Shown: piece after piece, positions 9,232-19,470 of the stretch
Numbering within the stretch: the first letter of the stretch is position 1
Layout of the letters: every line of letters begins with the position of its first letter
Assembly: GCA_963728565.1 (NCBI GenBank)
Contig: CAVSLC010000013.1
Span: 384,001-448,000, forward strand
Length of the DNA stretch: 64,000 nucleotides
Direction: 5' to 3'
Source: an uncultured delta proteobacterium
GTDB lineage: Bacteria > Desulfobacterota > Binatia > UBA9968
Made by a program: the position numbers and the translations under genes
Notes under the pieces: model-generated
The model's input: the letters and a program-made list of their open reading frames with translations, nothing else
Told to the model about the DNA's origin: nothing
Database searches by the model: none

Positions 9232-11658
9232 ATGGGAATTATGCCTAAATGGATACTTATATTCGGCGGTATTCTGCTGGTAATCGTCATCGCCGCTGCC
9301 GTTGCCGTTTTGAACATCAATTCGTACGTGCAACGCAATCGCGAATATCTTATTCAACAGGCCGAAAAAGCCGTTGGACGCCAAATCGACGTGCAAAATA
9401 TTGAAGTAAATCTCTGGAACGGTATCGGCGTCCGTTTTGAAAACTTTAGACTCTCGGATGATCCGGCGTTCTCCTCCGATCCATTCGTGCAGGCGAAAAG
9501 TCTTCAAGCCAACGTCAGGCTTCTACCACTGCTGCGCAAGGATGTTCAGGTCAAAAGACTCATTCTCCATCAGCCTGGGATCAATATCATCCGAAATCGA
9601 CAAGGTGTTTACAACTTCGCGAGTCTCGGCGGGTCCGATAAGAAAAAAGATGCAGAAACAGAAGATTCTCGCGACAGAGCGGCGCGGCAACGTGCCGCCC
9701 TTTTGATTTCTCTAGTGGAAATATCCGGGGGAGTTGTACGGTACCGTGACCTGACAGACGGCACGGATTTAGCCGTTCAGCAACTCGATCTAAGGGCACG
9801 AGACCTCAATTATGATCGGCCTGTATCAATCGATCTCGCGGCGGCAGTTTTTGCTGCAAAGCAAAATGTCAATCTCAAGCTGCGGGTCGGACCGATCTCT
9901 CCCGAAAGCGACTACCGCAACGTTGCAGTGGATAGCCAGCTCGACATCGATCCTGTGGATCTGAGCCAGTTGAAAAAAGCGGTGCCGAAGATCTTCACCG
10001 CGCTACCGAAAGACCTGGCAGTCGGCGGTATTTTCAAAGTGAGCGGCCTAAAAGTCAAAGGAACGCTTCATGATTTCGCATTGAACGGCGGCATTGAAGG
10101 CACCCAGGGTTTTATTCAATGGGGTGATTATTTTCACAAACCCGCGGGCATCCCTCTAGTCCTCGAGAGCGCTGCCCATTACAGCAAAGATAGGATTGCC
10201 ATCCGAAACGCCAGCCTCAAGCTTCACACGCTGCCTTTACAGGTCAAAGGTGATATTGCCCTGGGCAAACCGCCGGTAGCAAACATATCGCTTGATTCCG
10301 ATCCAACCTCCTTGGAGGGTTGGGGTAAACTCATTCCGGCCATAGCTAATTACGACCTCCACGGCAAAATGGGTCTGCGCGTAACACTCCGTGGCCCGAT
10401 CGGATCAGGAAAGAATCCGCAGGTGGATGGAAACCTGTCCTTACAGAGCGCCAGCATTAAGGTTCCACAATTGCCCAAAGCTATCGAAAACCTAAATGCC
10501 CAAGTGAAGTTCTCTGATGCACGCGCCGAAACTAAAGAAACACATTTCAATCTGGGGAATTCGCGTATCACTTTGGCAGCAGTGGTCGAGAAATTCTCGC
10601 CGCTTACTCTATCCTATAAGTTGACTACTGCCGAGTTGGCGCTGGCGGATATCCAACCTTCTCTGCCGCCAGAGCGTAGTAGCGATGTCCTCCGCGATCT
10701 CGGCAGCGATGGCCAGGTAACCACGGCCAGCGGCCAAACCACCGTGGCGGGTAAGATTCTTTCCAGCGATGGAAGACTCTACAACATGGATTACAAGAAT
10801 CTTGACGCTAATCTCTCCTACGCGAAGAACAACGTGGTTTTGCGTAGATTTCGCGCCGACGTGCTTAACGGGTCGGCGCAGCTGAAGGGAGAATTCGGTT
10901 TTGATGAGAGTCCAAAATTCTCCATGGCTTCGGAAATCAAAGGCATCGATCTGGTGCAATTGCATCAATACTTCACCAAGGACCAACCGGACATGCGAGG
11001 GAGCTTGAACGGTAATCTCAAACTGTCGGGTCAGGGTGATCAGTGGCAGGAGATTAAACCTACTCTGCGCGGGGATGGGCAAACCGAAGTCCTGAAGGGT
11101 ACGTTGTTGAATTTCAATATTGCCGATGCCGTGCTCTCCGGCGCCACCGGAATACCCGGCCTGACTAATCTCATCAATCCGGCTGTTCGGAGAAAATATC
11201 CTGAAACGTTCGAGGCCAGGGACACGGTTTTTAAAGATTTGCAGACTCAGCTTTATATTGGTGATAGCCGGCTAAACTTAAAAAATTTGCGCATTGCCGC
11301 GGCCCAGTTCAGGGTCGCAGGAGATGGTTGGGTGGACTTCGAACGCCGGGTCGATTTTCGCGGAGTGATCCGATTCTCTCCGGAGTTATCTGGTGACATC
11401 GCCGGAGCGGTCCGCGAAATAAGATTGCTTTTCAATAAAAACAACGAGCTGGAGATTCCGTTTACGTTGTCGGGGCAAATGCCCAACGTGAAACCGCGCC
11501 CGGATGCAGGCTTTTTAACAAAGGCGCTCCAGCGCGGACTGTTTCAAAGAGGCGCCGAAGAACTTCAAGAGCAACTCTTCGGCGCAAAAGAACGCCGTGC
11601 TCCGGATCGCCAGCCGGACCAAGAACGCCAGCCCAGTCCAAATCACCGGAAGACTTGA
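9232..11658 (+). CDS. AsmA-family protein (full length); possible C-terminal frameshift extending to ~11703
   Basis: 808-aa ORF with N-terminal TM anchor, beta-rich repeats and AsmA-type C-terminus (EIPFTLSGQMPNVKPRPD). Confidence 0.85.
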   Translation: MGIMPKWILIFGGILLVIVIAAAVAVLNINSYVQRNREYLIQQAEKAVGRQIDVQNIEVNLWNGIGVRFENFRLSDDPAFSSDPFVQAKSLQANVRLLPLLRKDVQVKRLILHQPGINIIRNRQGVYNFASLGGSDKKKDAETEDSRDRAARQRAALLISLVEISGGVVRYRDLTDGTDLAVQQLDLRARDLNYDRPVSIDLAAAVFAAKQNVNLKLRVGPISPESDYRNVAVDSQLDIDPVDLSQLKKAVPKIFTALPKDLAVGGIFKVSGLKVKGTLHDFALNGGIEGTQGFIQWGDYFHKPAGIPLVLESAAHYSKDRIAIRNASLKLHTLPLQVKGDIALGKPPVANISLDSDPTSLEGWGKLIPAIANYDLHGKMGLRVTLRGPIGSGKNPQVDGNLSLQSASIKVPQLPKAIENLNAQVKFSDARAETKETHFNLGNSRITLAAVVEKFSPLTLSYKLTTAELALADIQPSLPPERSSDVLRDLGSDGQVTTASGQTTVAGKILSSDGRLYNMDYKNLDANLSYAKNNVVLRRFRADVLNGSAQLKGEFGFDESPKFSMASEIKGIDLVQLHQYFTKDQPDMRGSLNGNLKLSGQGDQWQEIKPTLRGDGQTEVLKGTLLNFNIADAVLSGATGIPGLTNLINPAVRRKYPETFEARDTVFKDLQTQLYIGDSRLNLKNLRIAAAQFRVAGDGWVDFERRVDFRGVIRFSPELSGDIAGAVREIRLLFNKNNELEIPFTLSGQMPNVKPRPDAGFLTKALQRGLFQRGAEELQEQLFGAKERRAPDRQPDQERQPSPNHRKT

Positions 11659-11719
11659 TTCGCAGAGGACTAGAAGGGTTGTTTGGCCGGCAGAAGCGAT
11701 AATAAGAGTTGCTCTTGTC

Positions 11720-12943
11720 TCACCGATCGAGCGTCTCTTTACCGACTAATCCGAGAAGTACGGCAGAAAGAAGTAGCAGAGGGGCATACACCAGAAACGG
11801 CACACCGGGATTGTAAGCGTTGGCGAGATAGCCGCCGATCATTGGGGCAAGGCCACTGCCCAACTCGGCAACGGTTCGCCGTACTGCTTGCAACCTTCCA
11901 CGCACGTGCGAAGGCACCACATCGTACGTCGAAGTCGCTATCGACCCAAGTGAGAGCCCTTGAGCCAAGCCAGACAATCCGACGAGAATTGATAGTTGCG
12001 TGAAACTTCTCGTCGCCGGGATCAGAAGAAAGACCAGCGCCGGGATTCCGGTGCTCGGAACCGTGCACCACTTCCGCCCTATTCGATCCATAACCAAGCC
12101 TGCGGGAATAATCATCGCGAAAACTACGATCCCCGAAATAAAAAAAAGCATGCCGATCTGAGTGGGCGATAGTTGGAGATAAAGTCCGGCATAGATCGGC
12201 AGTATGCTCTGCACCAATATTCTTTGCGATTGGCTGACCACTGTTGCAAGCACGAGAGCCAAATAGGTGGATCTTAAGTCTGGGCGTATTTCTCTCAACA
12301 ATCCACCGATGCCGTGGAGTAGCTGTCGTAACCGGCTAAATCCCCAGTTTCCATTCTGCTTGACGTTCGGTGGCGCCAACGTCGAACTTGTCGATTCTCG
12401 GCTCGCGAATCCCAGTCCAACCGCAAGCGCGGTGGCGACAGCATAGCCAATAAACGCCGCTTTATAGCTGAACATGTCCGTAAGCCAGCCACCGAGGAGT
12501 GGACACACGGCCGCGCCCATGTTGTAGGTGCCATGCAGGCTGCTCAGCACCCGACCGCGCTGTTTGCGATCCGCGAGATCGATTCCGGCGATCTCGCGCG
12601 CGCTTGACCAGAGGCTGTCCGCCGCCCCCATTACCAGCACCAGCGCGAGAATCGCGCTCAGCCAAGGCGCAATCACAGTTGCCAACGATGCCACGCTAGC
12701 CACTAAAGGTCCGGCAATGAGCCCCACGCGTGTTCCCATGCGATCCAGCACTATTCCGGCTACCACCGTGCCGACGAATTTGCCGATCGCAAATGCCGTC
12801 ACAATCTGTGCGGCGCCACCCGCCGATACATCAAACTCCCGAGCGATGACAGGAATAGTTGGGATGACCATTGCCCATGCGCCCGATAAAAATGTACTGC
12901 TGTAGAGTGCGGCGAGGGGCCGGGCGGTGGCACTGAATTTCAT
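11720..12943 (-). CDS. MFS transporter
   Basis: About 12 hydrophobic segments; GIVLDRMGTR and GLVMDRIGRK MFS loop motifs. Confidence 0.88.
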   Translation of the reverse strand: MKFSATARPLAALYSSTFLSGAWAMVIPTIPVIAREFDVSAGGAAQIVTAFAIGKFVGTVVAGIVLDRMGTRVGLIAGPLVASVASLATVIAPWLSAILALVLVMGAADSLWSSAREIAGIDLADRKQRGRVLSSLHGTYNMGAAVCPLLGGWLTDMFSYKAAFIGYAVATALAVGLGFASRESTSSTLAPPNVKQNGNWGFSRLRQLLHGIGGLLREIRPDLRSTYLALVLATVVSQSQRILVQSILPIYAGLYLQLSPTQIGMLFFISGIVVFAMIIPAGLVMDRIGRKWCTVPSTGIPALVFLLIPATRSFTQLSILVGLSGLAQGLSLGSIATSTYDVVPSHVRGRLQAVRRTVAELGSGLAPMIGGYLANAYNPGVPFLVYAPLLLLSAVLLGLVGKETLDR

Positions 12944-13006
12944 AGATGGATGAGACCAAACAATGGAAAGCCAGCTTCGACAGCTTTAGCCGAGTATAGC
13001 CACAAC

Positions 13007-13034
13007 AAAAAAGCCCTCGATTTCTCAAGGGCTT
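13007..13034 (-). terminator. Intrinsic terminator downstream of tRNA-Gly
   Basis: Minus strand AAGCCCTTGA-GAAA-TCGAGGGC followed by T6. Confidence 0.75.
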
Positions 13035-13039
13035 CAAGA

Positions 13040-13116
13040 TGGAGCGGGTGAGGAGGGTCGAACTCCCGACCTTATGCTTGGCAAGCATACGCTCTAGCCA
13101 ACTGAGCTACACCCGC
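13040..13116 (-). tRNA. tRNA-Gly (anticodon GCC)
   Basis: Reverse complement GCGGGTGTAGCTCAGTTGGCTAGAGCGTATGCTTGCCAAGCATAAGGTCGGGAGTTCGACCCTCCTCACCCGCTCCA: cloverleaf, TTCGA T-loop, encoded CCA; lies downstream of pgsA as in the classic pgsA-glyW arrangement. Confidence 0.97.
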
Positions 13117-13160
13117 ATGATCTAAAAATTATACGAAGCCAGAGATATTGTCAATTTAGA

Positions 13161-13736
13161 TCAGCTATGCGCGGAGACGCGAGACTGTCGAAGGCGGAAA
13201 AACTGCACGTGATAATTGACGCCCGACCATAACGCGAGCACAGCCGCCAGCGTTAAAAAATAAATTCCCGCCGTATAAAAATCCACACCCCAATAAACGT
13301 AGTGCACCAAAAGCCCCACCACCGCGAAAGATTGTAAAATAAATTTGTACTTACCGAGTGCCTCGGCATGCATAACGATTCCTTCAGTCAAAGCAATGCC
13401 GCGAATAATCGTGACAGCGGTTTCCCTGGCAATAATAATGACCACAAGCCAGGCGGGCACACTGGGCTCGCCCGGACGGTCCATGGCTGCGAGCATGATC
13501 AGAGCCGAAGCCACCATCAACTTGTCTGCAAGCGGATCGAGGATTTTGCCGACATCGGAGACGCTCTTATTACGTCTTGCCAGATAGCCATCGAAGTAAT
13601 CGGTTATCGAAGCCAGTAAGTACAGGACTGCGGCGATCAGGCTCGAAGTGCGATCTGTCAGCGTCAGCAAATAAACAAGGAGCGGGATGATTAGAATTCG
13701 GATCAGACTTAGAAAATTGGGAAACGTCCAAACCAC
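13161..13736 (-). CDS. pgsA: CDP-diacylglycerol--glycerol-3-phosphate 3-phosphatidyltransferase
   Basis: PNFLSLIRI and TDYFDGYLARR...GKILDPLADKLMV CDP-alcohol phosphotransferase signature. Confidence 0.93.
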   Translation of the reverse strand: MVWTFPNFLSLIRILIIPLLVYLLTLTDRTSSLIAAVLYLLASITDYFDGYLARRNKSVSDVGKILDPLADKLMVASALIMLAAMDRPGEPSVPAWLVVIIIARETAVTIIRGIALTEGIVMHAEALGKYKFILQSFAVVGLLVHYVYWGVDFYTAGIYFLTLAAVLALWSGVNYHVQFFRLRQSRVSAHS

Positions 13737-13772
13737 GTGAAACTCAATGAGGACGGTTTGTGCAAGGCAGCG

Positions 13773-14384
13773 TTATTGCTGCACCTGCCGGACGTTCTGC
13801 AACCCGGTTTCGCGGTAGCCGTCGTAAAAATGCAGGACGCGCCGCACGTATTGGCGAGTCTCGGCATACGGAGGAATACCTCCATGTCTTTCAACAGCGT
13901 TAATTCCGGCGTTATAGGCCGCGAGACTCAGTTCCAGATTGCCGCGGTAACGGCTGAGTAGCAACCGAAGATGTCGCGCACCGCCCTCGATATTTTCTAG
14001 CGGATTGTACGCATCAAGAACATTGTGTTGCCGAGCCGTGTCAGGCATTAGCTGCATCAATCCCATTGCTCCTTTAGACGAGCGCGCGTTTGAATTGAAA
14101 TCCGATTCCGTTTTGATGACAGCGCGAATCAAATCTGGGTCGATGCTGTGGCGAGCCGATGCGGAAAGAATAAAATCCTCGAAGTTTGATGTATAAGTCT
14201 GCCGGCTCAGTGGTGCGACGATGGATTCACGAATCACTCGGCGGAAACCGCTGTGATTAGGGACGTTGGTGAAGGTTAAGACTCCTTGTTTATCTTTATG
14301 CACATAGACATCCGCCAGAGCGGTGGCCACGGTGGACAACTGATAAAGAAGGAAAAAAAACCGAATTAAAGCCCTTTTTGTCAT
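13773..14384 (-). CDS. Lytic transglycosylase (SLT domain) with N-terminal DUF4124-like domain
   Basis: AVIKTESDFN, GAMGLMQLMP, AAYNAG, PPYAETRQYV; N-terminal DVYVHKDKQGVLTFTNVP. Confidence 0.9.
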   Translation of the reverse strand: MTKRALIRFFFLLYQLSTVATALADVYVHKDKQGVLTFTNVPNHSGFRRVIRESIVAPLSRQTYTSNFEDFILSASARHSIDPDLIRAVIKTESDFNSNARSSKGAMGLMQLMPDTARQHNVLDAYNPLENIEGGARHLRLLLSRYRGNLELSLAAYNAGINAVERHGGIPPYAETRQYVRRVLHFYDGYRETGLQNVRQVQQ

Positions 14385-14483
14385 AGCTGCAGTTGAAAAA
14401 GTGTCGCTAGAATACTGATGGGCTGCGCATCTGTCAAATCTCCAGCAACCTGGACTCCATTGGAATCGACCACAGCCGCGATA

Positions 14484-14895
14484 TCACGCAAGTAATTCTC
14501 GGCCCGAAGCGGATAGCAACAGATTTACAAGTGGCAAGTCTCCGTCGAGGAAATCGAACGTAGCGAGCCTGTCGATCCCCGCCCAGGCCAGATTCTGGAA
14601 CGCACGATTTCTTAACATACCGGTGAAACTATGAACCCGATAGAATCTAAGATTGACCACGAACGCATCCGAATACTTATGCGTGTGTCTGAAGATTTCA
14701 CTCAGCTTATCGGCTCTGATACCGAGTTCTTCCATCAACTCGCGGCATAAGGCATTCTCGTGCCCCTCGTCACTTTCCACTTTGCCACCGGGAAATTCCC
14801 ACTTGAGGCGGAAAGGTTCCCTCCTCCTTACGCTGGCAAATGAGCAACAGCCCTTCTTGAACGATCAAACCGGCGACCACTTCGACGCTGTTCAT
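14484..14895 (-). CDS. mutT: MutT-like NUDIX hydrolase, frameshift near 14808
   Basis: MNSVEVVAGLIVQEGLLLICQR...(shift) LKWEFPGGKVESDEGHENALCRELMEELG Nudix box. Confidence 0.75.
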
Positions 14896-15152
14896 CTTGT
14901 TCAGGCAAACGTCACTGAGAAACTATCACGGCCTCAGTGATCATCTTGTGCTCCCATAGTACCTTTCAAAACTAAATACCGAGTGACGGGCAAAGAAGGC
15001 GACATCTATTCATAGATTGGTTTGTGCTGCACGCGGCGCTATTTACTACCGGTGGTCGGGCCTCTAAAGGTTGTCATTCGACCCAGCTGCCGACACCGGC
15101 GCCGCTCGGAATATCGCGCGCTATGAAACCTGAACGCCATGGAGACCACGGA

Positions 15153-15380
15153 TCAATGTTGTGCCGGCTTTCCTTCGTCGATCCATCTCTTGGTGAACTC
15201 GATGCCTTCGAGCCTGGCATTATGCGCCGTCTCGAAGGCGCGCCCAATGCAGCTCAAAGCTCGTATGCGCCTGATGCCTTCACTTTCCCAGCACACTACG
15301 ACGCTAAATTTCCAGCGTCTGCCACTGCTGGTGGGTAGTTCGATAAGATGAACGTGATGTCCATCATGTTCGAATTCCAC
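15153..15380 (-). CDS. Small hypothetical protein (F.T...A....K.WIDE family)
   Basis: 75-aa ORF; C-terminal pattern shared with 35222-35503. Confidence 0.55.
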   Translation of the reverse strand: MEFEHDGHHVHLIELPTSSGRRWKFSVVVCWESEGIRRIRALSCIGRAFETAHNARLEGIEFTKRWIDEGKPAQH

Positions 15381-15771
15381 AATTGCCTCGCCATCGGTTT
15401 TGAAGCACCTTCGTAATCTTCCCTAGCTCGAGAAATTCCATTTGGGTCGGAGACTGTCAATCCAACAGCGAAACTGATCGAACATGTTCGACGTGCGCAA
15501 GCAAAGCCCGCCTCTATGATCCTCTGACAGTCTCATCCGGACAGAGCGTCAGTGCGATCTCATGCAGCGGTACGAATCTATAGTCGCCAAGCTCTCCCAG
15601 GGAGGGCGTGAACTATAATCAATTACTGTAACTCTGCGCCGCAACTATCTATAAACAACAGATAATGACCTGAGAAATACTCATCAGAAAAGCCCCGGGA
15701 CAAATCGACGTTTATCTCAGCACTGCTTTCACCTGAACGCGGTGTGATGTCCTGACAACCTGATCGCCATT

Positions 15772-18033
15772 TCAGCTCTTGATCTTTTCCTGCAACGCCC
15801 AGAAGACCTTTTCCGGCGACAAGGGCAAATCAAAAACTCGCGCGCCGCAGGCATCCGCCACTGCATTGGCAATCGCCGCCGCGGTCGGCACATTGGGATT
15901 TTCCGCAATGGCTTTGCCGCCGAACGGTGTCGGACCCGTCGGACTTTCTACCAGAACGGTTTTCAGCGGCGGCACATCGGCAATGCATGGCAGCTTGGAT
16001 TCGCCCATTGTCAATGAAGCGATCTTGCCATCCACCATCGGGTTCTCTTCCATCAACGCAAAGCCGAGGCCGGTAATGATTCCGCCTTCGATCTGCCCGG
16101 TCAGCGTGAGATGATTGAGCACCGTGCCGGTATCATGGGCGGTAGTCAAATTTAGAACCCTCACTCTGCCGGTACTCGGATCAACTTCCACCTCAGCCAC
16201 TTGCGCGGCGAAGCCGGTCACCTTCGGCATGTCCTTGGGGACAAAATTGGTCAGGTGAAAGACTGGGCCACCGTTTTCTTTGACAGCCAGCTCGATCATC
16301 TCTTGCATTGTCGTCGACTTCTTGTTGGGTGCCGTAAGCTTGCCGCCCTCCTGCCGTATCTCCTCCGGCTGACAACCGAGTTCCCGCGCCGCCAGGGCGA
16401 CTAATCTTTCGCGCACCTCATGCGCGGACTTATTGACCGCGTGCCCGGAAGTATTCGTTTGCTTGCTGCCGCCGGTGCCGGGATCAAAAGGCAGGCTATC
16501 CGTGTCTTTGAAAACCACGCCAACTTTCTCCGGCGGCAACCCGAGCGTTTCACAAACCATTTGCTGGCTGACGGTATAATAGCCGGGACCGACATCGGGC
16601 ACGCCGGTGAGGATATTGACCCTGCCATCGGCCTCCAGCGTCAAGGCCGAGCTCGCCTTCCCTTCCGGAGTGCCCCGATCATAGAGCGCCATGCCCCAGC
16701 CGTGGTTTTTCTTCGCTCCGTCCTTCTTCCAGCCCGAAGCTTTCACCACTCGCTCCAGTACTTCGCCCATGAGAATATCGCTCCACTTCTCACCCATGGG
16801 ATTGGCATCGCCATCGTGCAGAATATTCCTTCGGCGCAGTTCGAGAGCATCGATGCCCATCTCCTTGGCGATGATGTCGACCTGCGACTCGAACGCGAAC
16901 ACGACCTGCGGACTGCCCGGCGTGCGCGTCTGGGTACAAGGAACTTGATTGGTATACGAGCAATAGGTCTCGCAGCTGATCGCCGGCACTCGATACATGC
17001 TCGCGAGGCGCCGTCCGCCGAGAACGGTCACCTGAGGATTGGCTTTCTGCGAGCCGTAAGCGCCACCGCTAAAGTGGATAGTCGCTTTGATCGCGGTGAA
17101 ATGGCCGTCCTGATCTACTCCCGTTCGTAGCGCAAGCACCGCGGGATGGCGGTGGCCGCCGGCGAGAAGCTCGTCCGTGTAGTCGAAAACCAACTTTACC
17201 GGCTGTTTGGTCGCTTTCGACAGGTAATAAGCCACCGGAACATCGATCAACGATGCTTTAGCGCCGAAATCGCCGCCGACGTGAACGATATGGACTTTGA
17301 TGTTTTCCTTCTGCAGGCCGAAGTCTTCGGCCATCTGTTCGCGCAACCCCCAGGGTCCCTTGTTCGACGCCCACACTTCCACCCGATTATCGTCGTGAAC
17401 CTGCACCGTGCAGGCACAGGGCTCGATATAACCGTGATGAGATAACGGTGTGCGAAAAGTATGCTCGAACACTCGCGCGGCCTTCTGGAAACCGGCTTCG
17501 ACGTCGCCGTTTTTCCACAATACATAGGACTGCAAGTTGTGGGGGGAAACACCTTCCGGCAATTTCGGCGCGTTTTTATATTTGCCACGGTCCTCGTGAA
17601 TCAGTGGGGCGCTAGGTTTCAACGCTTCGACCGGATCTTCGACATAAGGGAGCTCTTCGTACTCGACATCTATGAGCGTTATTGCCTGCTCGGCAATCTC
17701 CACACTCTCGGCGGCCACGGCGGCAACGGCATCACCGCTCATGCGGACCTTATCATGCGCCAGGACCGGTTGATCCTTCACGCGCGTGCCGACATAGATA
17801 TCTTTGACATCCGCTCCGGTCAGCACGGCGCGCACGCCTTTCAAAGCCTTCGCCTTGGAGGTATCGATATTGACGATCCGCGCGTGCGGCAGCGAAGCGC
17901 GCAAAACTTTAGCCCAAAGCAGATTTTCAAACGGCAGATCTGCCGCATACTTTGTTTGCCCGGTGACTTTGCCTTCGCCCTCGACTCGGGGCAGTGATTT
18001 CCCAACGGTCCGATACGCCACTTTCACCTCCAC
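15772..18033 (-). CDS. Xanthine dehydrogenase/CoxL-family molybdopterin-binding large subunit
   Basis: KVTGQTKYAAD, HGYIEP, VGGDFGAK, GQIEGG, GGKAIAE; likely start GTG 18021 after GGAGG. Confidence 0.92.
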   Translation of the reverse strand: MEVKVAYRTVGKSLPRVEGEGKVTGQTKYAADLPFENLLWAKVLRASLPHARIVNIDTSKAKALKGVRAVLTGADVKDIYVGTRVKDQPVLAHDKVRMSGDAVAAVAAESVEIAEQAITLIDVEYEELPYVEDPVEALKPSAPLIHEDRGKYKNAPKLPEGVSPHNLQSYVLWKNGDVEAGFQKAARVFEHTFRTPLSHHGYIEPCACTVQVHDDNRVEVWASNKGPWGLREQMAEDFGLQKENIKVHIVHVGGDFGAKASLIDVPVAYYLSKATKQPVKLVFDYTDELLAGGHRHPAVLALRTGVDQDGHFTAIKATIHFSGGAYGSQKANPQVTVLGGRRLASMYRVPAISCETYCSYTNQVPCTQTRTPGSPQVVFAFESQVDIIAKEMGIDALELRRRNILHDGDANPMGEKWSDILMGEVLERVVKASGWKKDGAKKNHGWGMALYDRGTPEGKASSALTLEADGRVNILTGVPDVGPGYYTVSQQMVCETLGLPPEKVGVVFKDTDSLPFDPGTGGSKQTNTSGHAVNKSAHEVRERLVALAARELGCQPEEIRQEGGKLTAPNKKSTTMQEMIELAVKENGGPVFHLTNFVPKDMPKVTGFAAQVAEVEVDPSTGRVRVLNLTTAHDTGTVLNHLTLTGQIEGGIITGLGFALMEENPMVDGKIASLTMGESKLPCIADVPPLKTVLVESPTGPTPFGGKAIAENPNVPTAAAIANAVADACGARVFDLPLSPEKVFWALQEKIKS

Positions 18034-18179
18034 GAATGATCACCTAGATTTTGAATCGTTCTATTCAACATCCTTTAGTCGGTTCAGGATGACATCGTTA
18101 TAATACGATTCATTCTGAACAAAGGAAGATTCGATTGGCTTTTTTGTTACGAATAGCGCTCAAAAATTTCTTCGGCTCT

Positions 18180-19289
18180 CTAGGCCAGATTGTAAAGCCG
18201 AGCGCAGTTGTCCCACAAAATTTTCTTCTGGCTCTCTTTCGAAACCCCGCCCATTTCCAAAAATTCTTCCACGGCGCGCGGAAAGTCGGAGTCGCCGTGC
18301 GGGTAGTCCGTGGAAAACACGATGTTGTCATCGCCCACCAGGCTTATGATCATCGGCAACTCTTTCTCATGCTCGGTCGAGATCCAGCATTGTCGTTGGA
18401 AATATTCGCTGGGTTTTAACTTGCCGGCGGTGGGAAAGCGTCCCTTCTCCATAGCGTTGTCCATGCGGTGCAAGAGAAACGAAACCCAACCGCAATAACA
18501 TTCGAGAAACGCCACCTTGAGTCTGGGGTGCCGATCGCATACTCCGCCGCCGATAATATCCGCCATTGCCAGCATGTTTTCCATCGGATGAGAGACCACG
18601 TGCCGGAGCAGCAGATTATCGCCGAAGCGGTCGCCGATTTGCGCTAGCTCGCCTGCCGCCGCCGCCGAATGAAAACCCAGGGGAGCTCCAAGCTCTTCCA
18701 GGGCCGACCAGACACTATCGAAGTACCGCGAATGCCATGGCAGATTGCGCAACGGCTCGGGCCGCGCGAAAACTCCGACAAATCCAAGCTTGCCTACCGC
18801 GCGCTGCGCTTCCTTGACCGCTTCATTGGGATCATGCAGCGGTAGCATCGCCACACCCTTCAGTCGTTTCGGATCGGTCTGGCAGAAGTCATACAGCCAA
18901 TCGTTGTAAGCTCGCGCGATCGCCGCGGCAAGCTTGGGATCCATATCGTCGCGCATCATGATACCCAGGCCGATCGAAGGATAGAGCGCGGCGACGTCCA
19001 ATCCTTCCCGGTCCATCGCCTGCAATTGCGTCTTTGCGTCGAAGCCGTGGGCTCGGTAATCGGCGATCTCTTCGTCGATCCGCGTCGCGTCAAAAATCCC
19101 ACCACGGTAGCTTGGTTTATAGCCCTGGAGGATTTTGCCTTCGATCAGCACCATCGCCGAGCTGCGCGCCGTGGAGCTAAGTATTTTCGGCGCCCTGTCG
19201 CGCCATTCCGGTTCGATGTATTTGTCCCAGAGATCTGCCGGCTCGCGCAAATGCATGTCCGAATCCATTATCTTGAAACCCGATTTCAT
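18180..19289 (-). CDS. Amidohydrolase-2 family protein
   Basis: MDSDMH, LGFH, AFLE, FSTDYPHGD, KILWDN motifs. Confidence 0.88.
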   Translation of the reverse strand: MKSGFKIMDSDMHLREPADLWDKYIEPEWRDRAPKILSSTARSSAMVLIEGKILQGYKPSYRGGIFDATRIDEEIADYRAHGFDAKTQLQAMDREGLDVAALYPSIGLGIMMRDDMDPKLAAAIARAYNDWLYDFCQTDPKRLKGVAMLPLHDPNEAVKEAQRAVGKLGFVGVFARPEPLRNLPWHSRYFDSVWSALEELGAPLGFHSAAAAGELAQIGDRFGDNLLLRHVVSHPMENMLAMADIIGGGVCDRHPRLKVAFLECYCGWVSFLLHRMDNAMEKGRFPTAGKLKPSEYFQRQCWISTEHEKELPMIISLVGDDNIVFSTDYPHGDSDFPRAVEEFLEMGGVSKESQKKILWDNCARLYNLA

Positions 19290-19470
19290 CCGAATCGCTC
19301 CCTATCACCGCGTATTTAAAAGATACTTGACCGCTCAAAACTATCATGATCACCGGCGACTCTGTCAACTGCCTCCGCCGCATAGACTTTAGAAACGGAT
19401 TTGCAGTAAGATCAACTTTTGAATGTCCGCGCCCCGAAGCGGCGGCAGATTTGACAGGACTGAGGTGATT

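Noticed and set aside
13040-13116. tRNA-Gly as a genomic-island integration site
   Set aside because: No integrase is adjacent and I found no duplicate of the tRNA 3' end in the window; a terminator and an MFS gene follow directly.
18060-18135. REP-like remnant (TTCAGGATGACA...TCATTCTGAAC)
   Set aside because: Too degenerate to call separately; possibly related to the 29162-29244 family.
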